A stretch of 48,898 bases of DNA, taken from assembly GCA_033762115.1 (NCBI GenBank), contig JANRLX010000011.1:1-48898 (forward strand). Direction: 5' to 3'. The translations under genes were made by a program, and so were the position numbers. The notes beneath the pieces are model-generated. The model was not told where the DNA came from. It searched no databases and saw only the letters and a program-made list of their open reading frames with translations. Positions 10,055-19,596 of this stretch are shown here, piece by piece; position 1 is the first letter of the stretch, and every line of letters starts with the position of its first letter. The stretch is from Verrucomicrobiota bacterium. GTDB taxonomy: Bacteria > Verrucomicrobiota > Verrucomicrobiia > Limisphaerales > SXQI01.

Positions 10055-11141
10055 GGTGTGAAAGAATCCGGGACAAAATTTTATCTCCCGCTGATCCATC
10101 CCCGTAAATGGCTGTATGGAAGTCAGGTTTTAACTGGATCAGCTTTTGATATCCGGCCTGTAGTTCCCCTGCTTTCGGCGCGACATTGATGCAATATCCC
10201 CCATCCACCAGTTCAGGCCAGACCGGTTGCTCAAGAAAAAAGAGGCTTGGCTTATGGAAAAAGTATGCTTCCCGCACCACGCCACCGGAATCGGTGAAGA
10301 CATACCTGGCCTGTTTCTCCAGCATGATCATGTCCAGATAACCGACCGGATCAATAATGGTGAATCTGGTCGTGAGTCCCTGCGATTGAATTCGTGAACG
10401 GGTCCTCGGATGGAGGGGGAGAACAATCGGAAGCTCCTTGTTTACCTCATTCAAAAATTCCACGAGCGCTCGAAGTCGTTCCGGTTCATCCGTGTTATTG
10501 GCCCGATGAACCGTGCAAATGATAAAATCCTTCCCGATGAGTTGAAGGGTTTCAAGGATTCGGGATTGGCGGCTCGCTTTCTCGGCATAGAAAAATGCCG
10601 CATCGCACATCACATCACCGCAGTTGAAAACCTCTGAGTTGATTTTGCCAGTGAAAAACCCTTCCCGGGTCAAATTTTCAACCCCGAGGTCGGTGCAGCA
10701 AAAATTCAGGGCAGCCAGCCGGTCCACCAGGTAGCGATTAATTTCTTCCGGCATCGTTTCATCAAAATTACGAACACCGGCTTCGACGTGGACAATCGGG
10801 ATATGCAATTTTTTTGCGGCGAGCGCAGCGGCGAGGGTGCTGTTTGTGTCTCCATACACGAGCAGGTAATCCGGCTTCTCCTTCTGGAGCACTTTTTCAA
10901 TTTCCTCCAGCATCCGTCCTGTCATTGCGCCGTGGGAAAGCCCATGAATTCCCAACAAGTAGTCCGGCTTCGGGATTTCCATCTCCTCAAAAAAAACATC
11001 CGACATGTTCGCATCAAAATGCTGCCCGGTATGCACGAGAATTTCGTGAATTCCGGACTCCCTGCGAATCGCCCTCGAAATGACCGCTGCCTTGACAAAT
11101 TGCGGGCGGGCCCCGACGACAGTAAGAATTTTGAGGCTCAT
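10029..11141 (-). CDS. wecB: Non-hydrolysing UDP-N-acetylglucosamine 2-epimerase family protein (WecB/WbpI-like)
   Basis: VGARPQFVK, HTGQHFD, YGDTNSTLA, HVEAGVR, PEEINR, TDSGG. Confidence 0.9.
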   Translation of the reverse strand: MSLKILTVVGARPQFVKAAVISRAIRRESGIHEILVHTGQHFDANMSDVFFEEMEIPKPDYLLGIHGLSHGAMTGRMLEEIEKVLQKEKPDYLLVYGDTNSTLAAALAAKKLHIPIVHVEAGVRNFDETMPEEINRYLVDRLAALNFCCTDLGVENLTREGFFTGKINSEVFNCGDVMCDAAFFYAEKASRQSRILETLQLIGKDFIICTVHRANNTDEPERLRALVEFLNEVNKELPIVLPLHPRTRSRIQSQGLTTRFTIIDPVGYLDMIMLEKQARYVFTDSGGVVREAYFFHKPSLFFLEQPVWPELVDGGYCINVAPKAGELQAGYQKLIQLKPDFHTAIYGDGSAGDKILSRILSHHARNASRN

Positions 11142-11147
11142 CAAAAA

Positions 11148-12428
11148 TTATCTGCCCCCGGCCCAATGCGGTGGATTGGTCAGGTGAAACAACATCTCAC
11201 CCGCTTTGCGAACGAGGAGGACTCCTTCCTCTTCCCGGTTGGCAAAGCTTTCGATATTGATGGTTGCCGGGTCCCTGTAGCCCAAATTGATTTTTCGGCA
11301 GACCTCTTCGGGAATGGCCGTGGCAAGAATGACCTTTGCGCGGGGTGTTTCGATACCATTTTCGTAACTCCCCAACCCGTACACATGAGAGGAGTGCGCC
11401 AGCACTCCCCATGGGTAATGCTTGAATTGATCCCACTGTTTCAGGAAGTAATCCCGGCAATGGTATCCCACTTCCAACAAAATCTTTCCATGCGCAACAC
11501 AGACCTCGCTGATATGCGGCGCATAAATAATCAACTCTCCCCCGTCTGCCAGGACCGGTTCCAGCTTGTACATGCATTTTCCGCCGGTCCAAAGCTCATC
11601 GTACATCTTCGGTGCGCAGGAAAGGATGGTGCGAAATGGATGCGGCTTATACGTGATGTGAAGCTGCCGGGATAATTCGCTGGCAGCGTCCCAGGCCGAT
11701 TCGGGAGAACCGGAAAATAATCCGGAGAGTTGTCCCTGATGGACGACCATGCAGAAACAAAGTTTTGAGATTGAAACCATCGCCCCCGCCCGGTCCACCA
11801 CCTTCCGCACTGGCGTCCATTTGTTTCCGATAATCATCGGATTGGTCACGACCGCCCCGAGCCAATGGAAAAAATTGAGGATTTCAGGGCCGCCTACGCC
11901 CGGAAAAAGGTATTTATTCCCTCCTGAAAAACCCACCACTTCATGAGGAAACACAGGCCCAACAATGATGACCTGATCGTAATTGAACAGCAGCCGGTTG
12001 ATTTCCACCCGGACATCCATCGCAAAAAGCCCGTTTGATAATGTGCTGATTTCCTCTGCCGGGATGGTCCCGATCAATTTCAATGCGGAAGGGTCATTCC
12101 ACGCATGATTGAAAAAACGGACTTTATCATACTGCCCGCGATGTTCCTGGGGGGTGATTTCCAGCCGTTCACAAATGGCTTCCTCGCTCATCGGCTGATG
12201 AGTGCCAAGCGCAATTAGAAGATCGAATTCCCGCGTGGCCGCCCCGACCTGGGCAAACAAGGTTTTAAACAGGAGACCTACAGGCGCGGTGCGGGTGGCA
12301 TCCGGGATGATCAGCAGCACCTTTTTATCTTTATAATCCTTGGCCGGGCAGGTTTGCGAAACCACTTCCTGCACCTGAGATGCCGAGAGGAACGTTCCCT
12401 CCGGAGCAATTTGTGACAATGCCCTCAT
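11148..12428 (-). CDS. larA: LarA-family nickel-pincer-dependent 2-hydroxyacid racemase/epimerase
   Basis: PDATRT, ALGTH, PHEVVGFSGGNK, FFH and GGK motifs correspond to the conserved LarA catalytic and cofactor-binding residues. Confidence 0.85.
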   Translation of the reverse strand: MRALSQIAPEGTFLSASQVQEVVSQTCPAKDYKDKKVLLIIPDATRTAPVGLLFKTLFAQVGAATREFDLLIALGTHQPMSEEAICERLEITPQEHRGQYDKVRFFNHAWNDPSALKLIGTIPAEEISTLSNGLFAMDVRVEINRLLFNYDQVIIVGPVFPHEVVGFSGGNKYLFPGVGGPEILNFFHWLGAVVTNPMIIGNKWTPVRKVVDRAGAMVSISKLCFCMVVHQGQLSGLFSGSPESAWDAASELSRQLHITYKPHPFRTILSCAPKMYDELWTGGKCMYKLEPVLADGGELIIYAPHISEVCVAHGKILLEVGYHCRDYFLKQWDQFKHYPWGVLAHSSHVYGLGSYENGIETPRAKVILATAIPEEVCRKINLGYRDPATINIESFANREEEGVLLVRKAGEMLFHLTNPPHWAGGR

Positions 12429-12430
12429 GA

Positions 12431-13237
12431 TTAAATCGTTTGTGAAAGGAAACCACCATCCACCCGCAGATCAATGCCGGTGATGAAGCTGCTGGCTTTC
12501 TGACTGGCCAAAAAGATGGCGGCGCCAACCAATTCCTGTGCCTGTCCGAACCTTCCCATGGGGGTATGATTGAAAATAGCCTGTGCCCTTGGGGTGGGAG
12601 TTCCGTCCGGGTTAAAAAGCAATGCCTTGTTCTGTTCCGCAGGAAAAAATCCCGGTGTAATCGAATTGACGCGCACTCCCTTGGCGGCCCATTCACGCGC
12701 AAGGAATTTTGTCAGGTTCAAAACCGCTGCTTTTGCGGCAGAATAAGCCACCACCCGGGAGAGAGGCAAATGGCCGGAAACACTGGCAATATTGATGATG
12801 GAACCGCGTCCGCGTGTGACCATCCCGGGAGCAAATTCCTGGCAGGGAAGGAGGACTCCGCCGATCAGGTTCAAATCAAAATTTTCCCGCCAGTTCTCAA
12901 TCGTAATCGTTGAGAAAGCATTTTCCGGCGTCACCGTCACTTTGGGATCATTCCCCCCGGCGGCATTGACGAGGATAGTGGGGACGCCGAGGCTGGCAAT
13001 GATCGCTTCATGGGCTTTGGCCAGGCTTGTCCGATCAATCGCATCCGCAGAAAAGAACCCTGCCTTGCCGCCGGTTTGAACAATACTTTTGACCCTGGCC
13101 TGCCCCCGGTCGGGATTGCGTCCGAGGATTGCGACCTTTGCGCCAGCCCTGGCGAGGCCATCGGCAAGTGCTCCGCCAAGCACGCCAGTTCCGCCAATCA
13201 CCACTGCCACCTCGTCGGATAAATCAAAAAGATCCAT
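12431..13237 (-). CDS. SDR oxidoreductase, D-mannonate oxidoreductase-like
   Basis: GGTGVLG, LVNAAGGN.P, PLSRVVAYSAAKAA, VRVNSITPGFFPAEQN, HTPMGRFG, VDGGF. Confidence 0.85.
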   Translation of the reverse strand: MDLFDLSDEVAVVIGGTGVLGGALADGLARAGAKVAILGRNPDRGQARVKSIVQTGGKAGFFSADAIDRTSLAKAHEAIIASLGVPTILVNAAGGNDPKVTVTPENAFSTITIENWRENFDLNLIGGVLLPCQEFAPGMVTRGRGSIINIASVSGHLPLSRVVAYSAAKAAVLNLTKFLAREWAAKGVRVNSITPGFFPAEQNKALLFNPDGTPTPRAQAIFNHTPMGRFGQAQELVGAAIFLASQKASSFITGIDLRVDGGFLSQTI

Positions 13238-13315
13238 ATTCAGAGTGGGGATGGTATAAAACCTGGAGTTATGGTAAAAGAAAATTGAACAGGGCGGTGG
13301 GCCATGAGAGCAGGT

Positions 13316-14467
13316 ATGAAACGCTTACGAATGCTACTGCTGTTATCGGTGGTGACAAACATAGTTTTGGCCACGATGGTTCTGATGATCTCCCGCACCG
13401 GAGAAGAATTGCCACAGCCTCCCGCCAAAGCCGCTCTCTCACGAAAAATATTCCGGAGCAGTGCGCCGTCGGTTGTCATACGTCGGCAGTTTTTCCATTG
13501 GAACGAAATTGAATCCCGTGATTTCCCCACCTACATCAATAATTTAAGGGGAATCGGGTGCCCTGAATCAACCATCCGAGACATCATCGTGGCGGAAGTC
13601 GATGAATTGTTTGCCGGTCGAAGACGCCGGGAAATTGTGACTGGCGAATCGCAATGGTGGCGCTCCGACCCGAGCCTGGATGTGATCGAGCAGGCTGCCA
13701 CGCAGATTGCGGCGCTGGAAGCGGAACGGCGCAACCTGTTGACGACCCTTCTTGGCGCAGGGTGGGAAAAGAGTGAGGAGCAGATCGACCTTTATTCCCT
13801 GCGGTTTGATGGTCCGGTCCTGGGAAAGTTGTCCAGTGAAACCATCCAGGCGGTGCAGGCGATTGAAGAGCGGGCCAGCGACGAGTATCGAACACTTTTC
13901 CCCACCACCGACCTGGTCCGCTCCAACAACCAGGAAATTGCGCGGTTGCGGCGGGAGACCCGCGCCGAACTGGAAAAAATCCTGACGCCACAGGAGCTGG
14001 AGGAGTACCTGCTCCGCTTCTCAAATCATGCGAGGCAGTTGCGGGAAAATATCCGGGGTTTCGAGGCGACCCCTGACGAGTTCAGGAATCTGTTCCGGGC
14101 GACTGATTCGCTGGAAATGGAACTGGCTTCGTTGCCAGCAGACCAGGCGCAACGCCGAGCCCAAATCCAGGAAACGCGTGATTTGCAGGTGCGGCAAACG
14201 ATTGGCGATGAGCGTTACGCTCTTTATAAATTGAACCAGGATCCGGAATTCACCCGGGCACGCTCATTGGCTGAACAGAATGGGCTGGCAGCCGAGAAAG
14301 TCCTCCCGCTCTTCGAGATCGCCAAAGCAAGTGAGGAGGAACGGAGAAGAATCCAGAATGATGCGTCCATTCCAGCCGAGCAGAAGAACCTTCAGATCGA
14401 GCAGGTCAAGGCAAGCGAGCAGAATTCAATTGATCGCGTCTTGAAAAATGTCCCGGCCACGCCGTGA
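13316..14467 (+). CDS. Membrane-anchored alpha-helical hypothetical protein
   Basis: N-terminal TM helix, YINNLRGIGCPESTIRDII motif, charged helical remainder; divergent from the SDR gene. Confidence 0.75.
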   Translation: MKRLRMLLLLSVVTNIVLATMVLMISRTGEELPQPPAKAALSRKIFRSSAPSVVIRRQFFHWNEIESRDFPTYINNLRGIGCPESTIRDIIVAEVDELFAGRRRREIVTGESQWWRSDPSLDVIEQAATQIAALEAERRNLLTTLLGAGWEKSEEQIDLYSLRFDGPVLGKLSSETIQAVQAIEERASDEYRTLFPTTDLVRSNNQEIARLRRETRAELEKILTPQELEEYLLRFSNHARQLRENIRGFEATPDEFRNLFRATDSLEMELASLPADQAQRRAQIQETRDLQVRQTIGDERYALYKLNQDPEFTRARSLAEQNGLAAEKVLPLFEIAKASEEERRRIQNDASIPAEQKNLQIEQVKASEQNSIDRVLKNVPATP

Positions 14468-14471
14468 TTTC

Positions 14472-15446
14472 CTAGTTTGGGTGGGACAAGAGATAGCGGC
14501 TGCGATCCAGCGACCTGACCTGATACTCGCGCAATGCCGCTGGCAGCATGACAAAGGAGCCGGCAGAAATTTCGACAGATTCTCCTCCACCGCTGATGGC
14601 CAGCCTGCCACTTACGCAGCCAATGATTTGAACGGAGTTGCTCTTGGCAGCAAACGATGCGCCTTGCTCCAGATCCATCAAATCGACATCGAACAGAGGA
14701 TGTCGGACCAGTGAATGGGCCTGAACTTTGGCAACGGTGGCGAAAGGTTCAGGAGCAATCAGGCAAGGCTCGTAATCCTGAAAATCGATGCATTGAAGCG
14801 ATTCCCTGACATGCAGTTGCCGTGATTTTCCTGAGCTGTCGACGCGGTTCCAGTCAAACACGCGATAGGTGGTATCCGAGTTCTGCTGGATTTCAAAAAT
14901 GACCAACCCCTTGCCAAGGGCATGGACTCTGCCACTGGGGAGGAACATGGCATCCCCGGCCTGCACAGGAATAGCATGGAAACATTCGGCAACTGTTCCC
15001 TGCTCAATGCAGGCGGCAAACTCCTCCTTTGTGGTCCCAGCCTTGAGCCCCACATAAAGAGAGGCGCCGGGCGCGGCCTTCGCAATGTACCACATTTCTG
15101 TTTTAGGCTCTCCTTTGAAGGAAGCAGCGAGTTCGGCAGAGGGATGGACCTGGAGGGAAAGATTTTCCTGCGCATCGAGCAATTTAACAAGGAGCGGAAA
15201 GCGTCCCTTGGGACAGGATACTTTTCCAACGAGTTCCTGCTGATAATCGCGAAGGAGATCGGAAAGGGTTTTGCCTGCGAGCGGGCCATTGGCGACGACG
15301 CTAACGGCATCGGGACGATCCGAGATTTCCCAGGATTCACCGATGGACACGCCGGGAGGCAGGGGTTTTGCGAAGAGTTCCTGAAGGGCACGACCGCCCC
15401 AGATTCTTTCCTGAAAAATCGGTTTAAAGGTAAGCGGATAGAACAT
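14472..15446 (-). CDS. manA: Mannose-6-phosphate isomerase, class I
   Basis: IWGG, IGESWEIS, FPLLVKLLDA..NLSLQVHP, KTEMWY, GRVHALG, EIQQNSDTTYR. Confidence 0.93.
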   Translation of the reverse strand: MFYPLTFKPIFQERIWGGRALQELFAKPLPPGVSIGESWEISDRPDAVSVVANGPLAGKTLSDLLRDYQQELVGKVSCPKGRFPLLVKLLDAQENLSLQVHPSAELAASFKGEPKTEMWYIAKAAPGASLYVGLKAGTTKEEFAACIEQGTVAECFHAIPVQAGDAMFLPSGRVHALGKGLVIFEIQQNSDTTYRVFDWNRVDSSGKSRQLHVRESLQCIDFQDYEPCLIAPEPFATVAKVQAHSLVRHPLFDVDLMDLEQGASFAAKSNSVQIIGCVSGRLAISGGGESVEISAGSFVMLPAALREYQVRSLDRSRYLLSHPN

Positions 15447-15448
15447 GA

Positions 15449-16429
15449 TCAGGCGGCAACAGGTTGCTGCTTTTCGAGAACTTCGCCATAACTGCGAAAC
15501 TTTGCGTAACGTTCGCGCATCCGTTCGGCAGGAGATTTATGCAGGAGCAATTCGAGGTTGCGAAGAAGCGCAGATTTTAAATTGGCACTGGTCAGTGGAA
15601 CGTCATTGTGGGCACCGCCGAGCGGTTCGGGCACGACTTCATCGACAAGACCCAGTTCAAGCAAATGGCGGGCGGTGATTCGCAGGGCTTCGGCTGCGCG
15701 AGCGGCGGCGGAGCGCTCTTTCCAAAGGATGGCCGCGCACCCTTCCGGGCTGATGACAGAGTAATAGGCGTTTTCGAGGATCAGAACGCGGTCGGCCACG
15801 CCGATTCCCAATGCTCCGCCAGATCCCCCTTCGCCGATGACAGCGGCGATGATCGGGACTTCCATCATGGTCATTTCGCGGAGGTTGACCGCAATGGCCT
15901 CGGCGATGTGACGCTCTTCCGCGCCGATGCCCGGATACGCTCCAGCAGTATCAATCAGGCTGATGATTGGAATGCCGAATTTATCGGCCAGTTTCATCAG
16001 GCGGAGGGCTTTGCGGTAACCTTCCGGATGAGCGGAACCGAAGTTGCGTTTGATATTTTCCTTGGTTTCGCGCCCTTTCTGGGTGCCGATCAGCATCACA
16101 CGATGGGGACCCAAGAGGGCAAAACCACCGACAATGGCCCCGTCATCCCCATATAAACGGTCTCCATGCAGTTCTGAGAAGTTGGAGAAAACAGTGGCTG
16201 CGAAATCGAGGGTAAAGGGACGTTTGGGATGGCGAGCGAGTTGGACTCGTTGCCAGGGGTTTAAATCGGAAAAAATGTTGCGGCGAGTTTCCTCGATTTT
16301 TTTTTCGATTTGTGAAATTTCCTCCTCGAGGCTGATTCCAAGGGAGCGTGTATGAGGATGGGCTTTTAGCTCGTCGAGTTTGCGTTGCAGCTCAACAATA
16401 GGTTTTTCGAAATCGAGATGATGTTTCAT
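15449..16429 (-). CDS. accA: Acetyl-CoA carboxylase carboxyltransferase alpha subunit
   Basis: LDFEKPI, ARHPKRP, ELHGDR, PEGYRKALR, GEGGSGGALG, YSVISPEGCAAILW. Confidence 0.97.
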   Translation of the reverse strand: MKHHLDFEKPIVELQRKLDELKAHPHTRSLGISLEEEISQIEKKIEETRRNIFSDLNPWQRVQLARHPKRPFTLDFAATVFSNFSELHGDRLYGDDGAIVGGFALLGPHRVMLIGTQKGRETKENIKRNFGSAHPEGYRKALRLMKLADKFGIPIISLIDTAGAYPGIGAEERHIAEAIAVNLREMTMMEVPIIAAVIGEGGSGGALGIGVADRVLILENAYYSVISPEGCAAILWKERSAAARAAEALRITARHLLELGLVDEVVPEPLGGAHNDVPLTSANLKSALLRNLELLLHKSPAERMRERYAKFRSYGEVLEKQQPVAA

Positions 16430-16663
16430 GCAGAACCGGCAGGAGGTTCGCCTGGAATGGGGAGAATTTAGCTAAAAGAGATGAATGGGCAATGAGAAAG
16501 CAATGGCTGCCTCTCAGGGTGATTCCTGAAACTGTTCCCACTGGCGACAGAAACTCGTTTTCTGTTGATTATCAATTGTTTAGAAAATAAGAAGAAGTGA
16601 GAAGCGGGCATGGAAGCGAGAGAAAGTGGGAATAAGTGGGAAATGGATATGGGTGGATAAAGC

Positions 16664-16696
16664 AAAACTCCTGTTCTCGCGAGGAGAACAGGAGTT
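16664..16696 (-). terminator. Intrinsic terminator of the 16714-17271 gene
   Basis: 13-bp perfect stem AACTCCTGTTCTC-GCGAG-GAGAACAGGAGTT, with a short U run on the minus strand. Confidence 0.75.
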
Positions 16697-16713
16697 GAGA
16701 GTGATCAGATTGA

Positions 16714-17271
16714 TTAGTCGCGAGGTTCAGCGTAATCGACAGCGGAGTTGCTGGAGGGGGTTGGAGCAACGCCTGGGAAAGGGCTGCCGCTGATAGCGGT
16801 ATTGCTAACGTTAACTGTTCCGCTGGAAGGAGAACCATTGGCAGCACTGCGAACGCGAGCGGCGGTGCTGTTGACAGCAGTCTGAACGGACTGTTGCTGG
16901 GCAGGGGCGGCTGCGATGGCCGCAGTGGCGATGGCAACAGCTTGCGATTCAGCAACTTCAGTTGCAGCAGCTGCAACGACTGAAGCGAGATCAGGGGCGG
17001 CCTTGCTGATGGCGGTCACAACCACAGGAGCAGCAGCGCGATGTTTGAAAACGATGGTTTTAACAGCGGTGACAGCGACAGCTTCGCGGTCTTTTTTATC
17101 GGCGTTAAGAACGAGTTCGGCAGCCTTTGCGGGCATTTCCTTGACGGAAACAGAAGTAACAGCCTTACGAACAGCCTTGGCCTGCGCGGTCGTAAGCGCA
17201 TGGGCTGAGGTGGTGGCGAAAGTTAAAAGCGCACCCAAAAGGGCTCCCGTTACCAATTTGTTCTTTTTCAT
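16714..17271 (-). CDS. Secreted Ala/Val-rich hypothetical protein
   Basis: Sec signal peptide MKKNKLV...SAHA, low-complexity helical body, own terminator. Confidence 0.75.
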   Translation of the reverse strand: MKKNKLVTGALLGALLTFATTSAHALTTAQAKAVRKAVTSVSVKEMPAKAAELVLNADKKDREAVAVTAVKTIVFKHRAAAPVVVTAISKAAPDLASVVAAAATEVAESQAVAIATAAIAAAPAQQQSVQTAVNSTAARVRSAANGSPSSGTVNVSNTAISGSPFPGVAPTPSSNSAVDYAEPRD

Positions 17272-17501
17272 AAGTTCAATTCTGTATCAATCCCCTGTTC
17301 ACTCGCAGTCTGTTATTAAAGAGAAAAGAGCAGACCGTCAAACCGTTTTTTTCTCCTGCATGGCATAATTTCTGGCTTTCCCGGAACGCCATGCCTTCCC
17401 GCACGTGATCTCAATATATATCGACATGATTGTCAAGGAGTTTAATCAATTTTTTTCTTGTTCTTGATCTCCCTGGGAAAGGTGGCGTTGATAGGGGTGT
17501 T

Positions 17502-18608
17502 GTGAAGCGAGTTTTGAGGAAATTCCCGGCATGGTCCGGACAGGCAATTCCGCAGGAAATGCAGGCTGTGGTTTATCGGGGGAAAAACCAGATGGTTTTG
17601 GAGCAGGTGCCAGTGCCGCGGATTGGGCGGGAGGAGATATTGGTGAAAGTGGCTGCCTGCGGAGTTTGCCCGACGGACATCAAGAAGATTGTGCATGGGG
17701 CCTTACCCCCACCACGGATTTATGGGCATGAAACTGCGGGAATTGTTGTTAAAACGGGTGCGGCGGTGCAGGGGTTTGAAGCAGGAGAGCGGGTGGGACT
17801 GCATCATCATGTGCCGTGCATGAAGTGCCACGCCTGCAGACACCGGGCTTTTTCGCAATGCCCAGGGTACAAGCAAACGGGGGTGACAGCAGGGTTTGAG
17901 GCCGCTGGAGGGGGGTACGCCGAGTATGTGCGGGTGATGTCATTCTGCCTTCCGGGGGTGGTCAAGATTCCCAGAAAGAACAGTTTTATAGAGGGGGCGA
18001 TGCTGGAGCCGGTCAATACGGTGCTGAAAGGAGTCCGGATGTTGCATCTTCAGCCTGGCGACCGGGTTCTAGTGGCAGGAGCGGGGCCTATTGGATTGTT
18101 GTTCACTCAGTTGTTGAGCCTTTTTGGAGTCATCGTGTTTGTGACCGATCTGCTGGAAAACCGGTTGCTGCTGGCGAGGCGTTTCGGCGCGCGCGAGGGG
18201 TGGCTGGCGGACAGGGCGGAAACCGGAGAGAAGATCCGGGAGGCGACAAAGGGGTTGGGGCTGGATGCGGCAGTGATCGCGGTGCCATCCGATGCCGCAG
18301 TGAAGCAAGCGCAGGAGTTGCTGCGAGGTGGCGGGGAGTTATTGCTTTTTGCGCATACGAAACGGGGCATGGAAACTTCAATGGATTTATCCAGCATCTG
18401 CGTGGATGAAAAACAGCTGATTGGCAGCTATTCTTCTGATTTTACTTTGCAAAAGGAAGTGGCACGGCTGGTGTTCAGCAGAAAGCTGGATGTAGCAAAA
18501 TTAGTGACGCATGAGTTTGAACTGGCCGACACGGCCAAGGCAATTGCGCTGGCGGCAGCGCCCACTCCGGAATCGTTAAAGGTGGTGGTGCGGCAGGTTC
18601 CTGGTTGA
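17502..18608 (+). CDS. Zinc-dependent alcohol/polyol dehydrogenase (MDR family)
   Basis: CGVCPTD, GHE, structural Zn site CMKCHAC...C, GAGPIG. Start uncertain (GTG 17502 or ATG 17559). Confidence 0.92.
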   Translation: MKRVLRKFPAWSGQAIPQEMQAVVYRGKNQMVLEQVPVPRIGREEILVKVAACGVCPTDIKKIVHGALPPPRIYGHETAGIVVKTGAAVQGFEAGERVGLHHHVPCMKCHACRHRAFSQCPGYKQTGVTAGFEAAGGGYAEYVRVMSFCLPGVVKIPRKNSFIEGAMLEPVNTVLKGVRMLHLQPGDRVLVAGAGPIGLLFTQLLSLFGVIVFVTDLLENRLLLARRFGAREGWLADRAETGEKIREATKGLGLDAAVIAVPSDAAVKQAQELLRGGGELLLFAHTKRGMETSMDLSSICVDEKQLIGSYSSDFTLQKEVARLVFSRKLDVAKLVTHEFELADTAKAIALAAAPTPESLKVVVRQVPG

Positions 18609-18639
18609 AAGCGGATAAAGATTCATTACCTTCCGGGCT

Positions 18640-19548
18640 GTGCCTTCTGAATATGATGAACTGCTTGATGCGACCATAAGCCATCTCCACAGATTAAAGA
18701 AACGGGGAAAACGATGGATCACTGTTGACGCGGCAATTCTTGGGAGAGTTTCCGGGAAGGAAGTGGAAATAAGCAAGCCAGCAGTCAAAGCAGTCACGCC
18801 TGTGAAAACCGGGGAGGTGAGGCAATCTCCATCCGCAAGCATGACAACTCCGCCTGTTCCTGCGAAGGGGTCGAGGGTCGCTGTTCCGGAACGTTTGGGG
18901 ATAGAAAATAAAGGGGAGAGTCCAGGGAACAGGCGGGAAGCATTGGAACAGTTGCGAAGCCGCGCGCTGGTGTGTGTGAAATGTCCGCACCTTGCGGCGA
19001 CACGAACGAATGTGGTTTTTGGTGTGGGAGATATTGAAGCCAGGTTGATGTTTGTGGGGGAAGCGCCGGGGGCTGATGAAGATGCGGAAGGGGAACCGTT
19101 TGTGGGGAGAGCAGGTCAACTGCTGACGAAAATCATCGTGGCGATGGGGTTGACCAGGGAGACGGTTTACATCGCAAATATTTTGAAATGCCGACCGGAC
19201 ACGCCGGGGCAAACGGCAGGAAACCGGCGTCCCACGCCGGAAGAGATCAAGACCTGCCTTCCCTATTTGAATGCGCAGATTGATCTGATTCAACCGAAGG
19301 TGATCGTGGCACTGGGCTCGACAGCAGTGGAAGGATTATTCGGAAAATCGGAAGCGATCAGCAAATTGCGGGGGAATTATCTCAATTTCCGGAACATTCC
19401 TGTGATGCCGACATTTCATCCTTCCTATTTGCTGAGGCCGAATGGATTTGCGGCCAAACCGCTGGTTTGGCAGGACATGATGTCTGTGATGGAAACGTTG
19501 GGAATGGAGATTTCGGAAAAGCAGCGCGGCTATTTCAAGGCAGGGTGA
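18640..19548 (+). CDS. udg: Uracil-DNA glycosylase family 4 with an N-terminal extension
   Basis: CVKCPHL, FVGEAPG, PFVGRAGQLL, KCRP, FHPSYLL. Confidence 0.93.
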   Translation: MPSEYDELLDATISHLHRLKKRGKRWITVDAAILGRVSGKEVEISKPAVKAVTPVKTGEVRQSPSASMTTPPVPAKGSRVAVPERLGIENKGESPGNRREALEQLRSRALVCVKCPHLAATRTNVVFGVGDIEARLMFVGEAPGADEDAEGEPFVGRAGQLLTKIIVAMGLTRETVYIANILKCRPDTPGQTAGNRRPTPEEIKTCLPYLNAQIDLIQPKVIVALGSTAVEGLFGKSEAISKLRGNYLNFRNIPVMPTFHPSYLLRPNGFAAKPLVWQDMMSVMETLGMEISEKQRGYFKAG

Positions 19549-19596
19549 GGTGAATATTCAGGGAGTGATCGAGTCTTTATAAATGAATTCAGCGAA

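Noticed and set aside
16652..16660. Firm oriC call
   Set aside because: Only one imperfect DnaA box, no dnaA/dnaN in the window, and the skew appears to fade within ~20 kb instead of persisting
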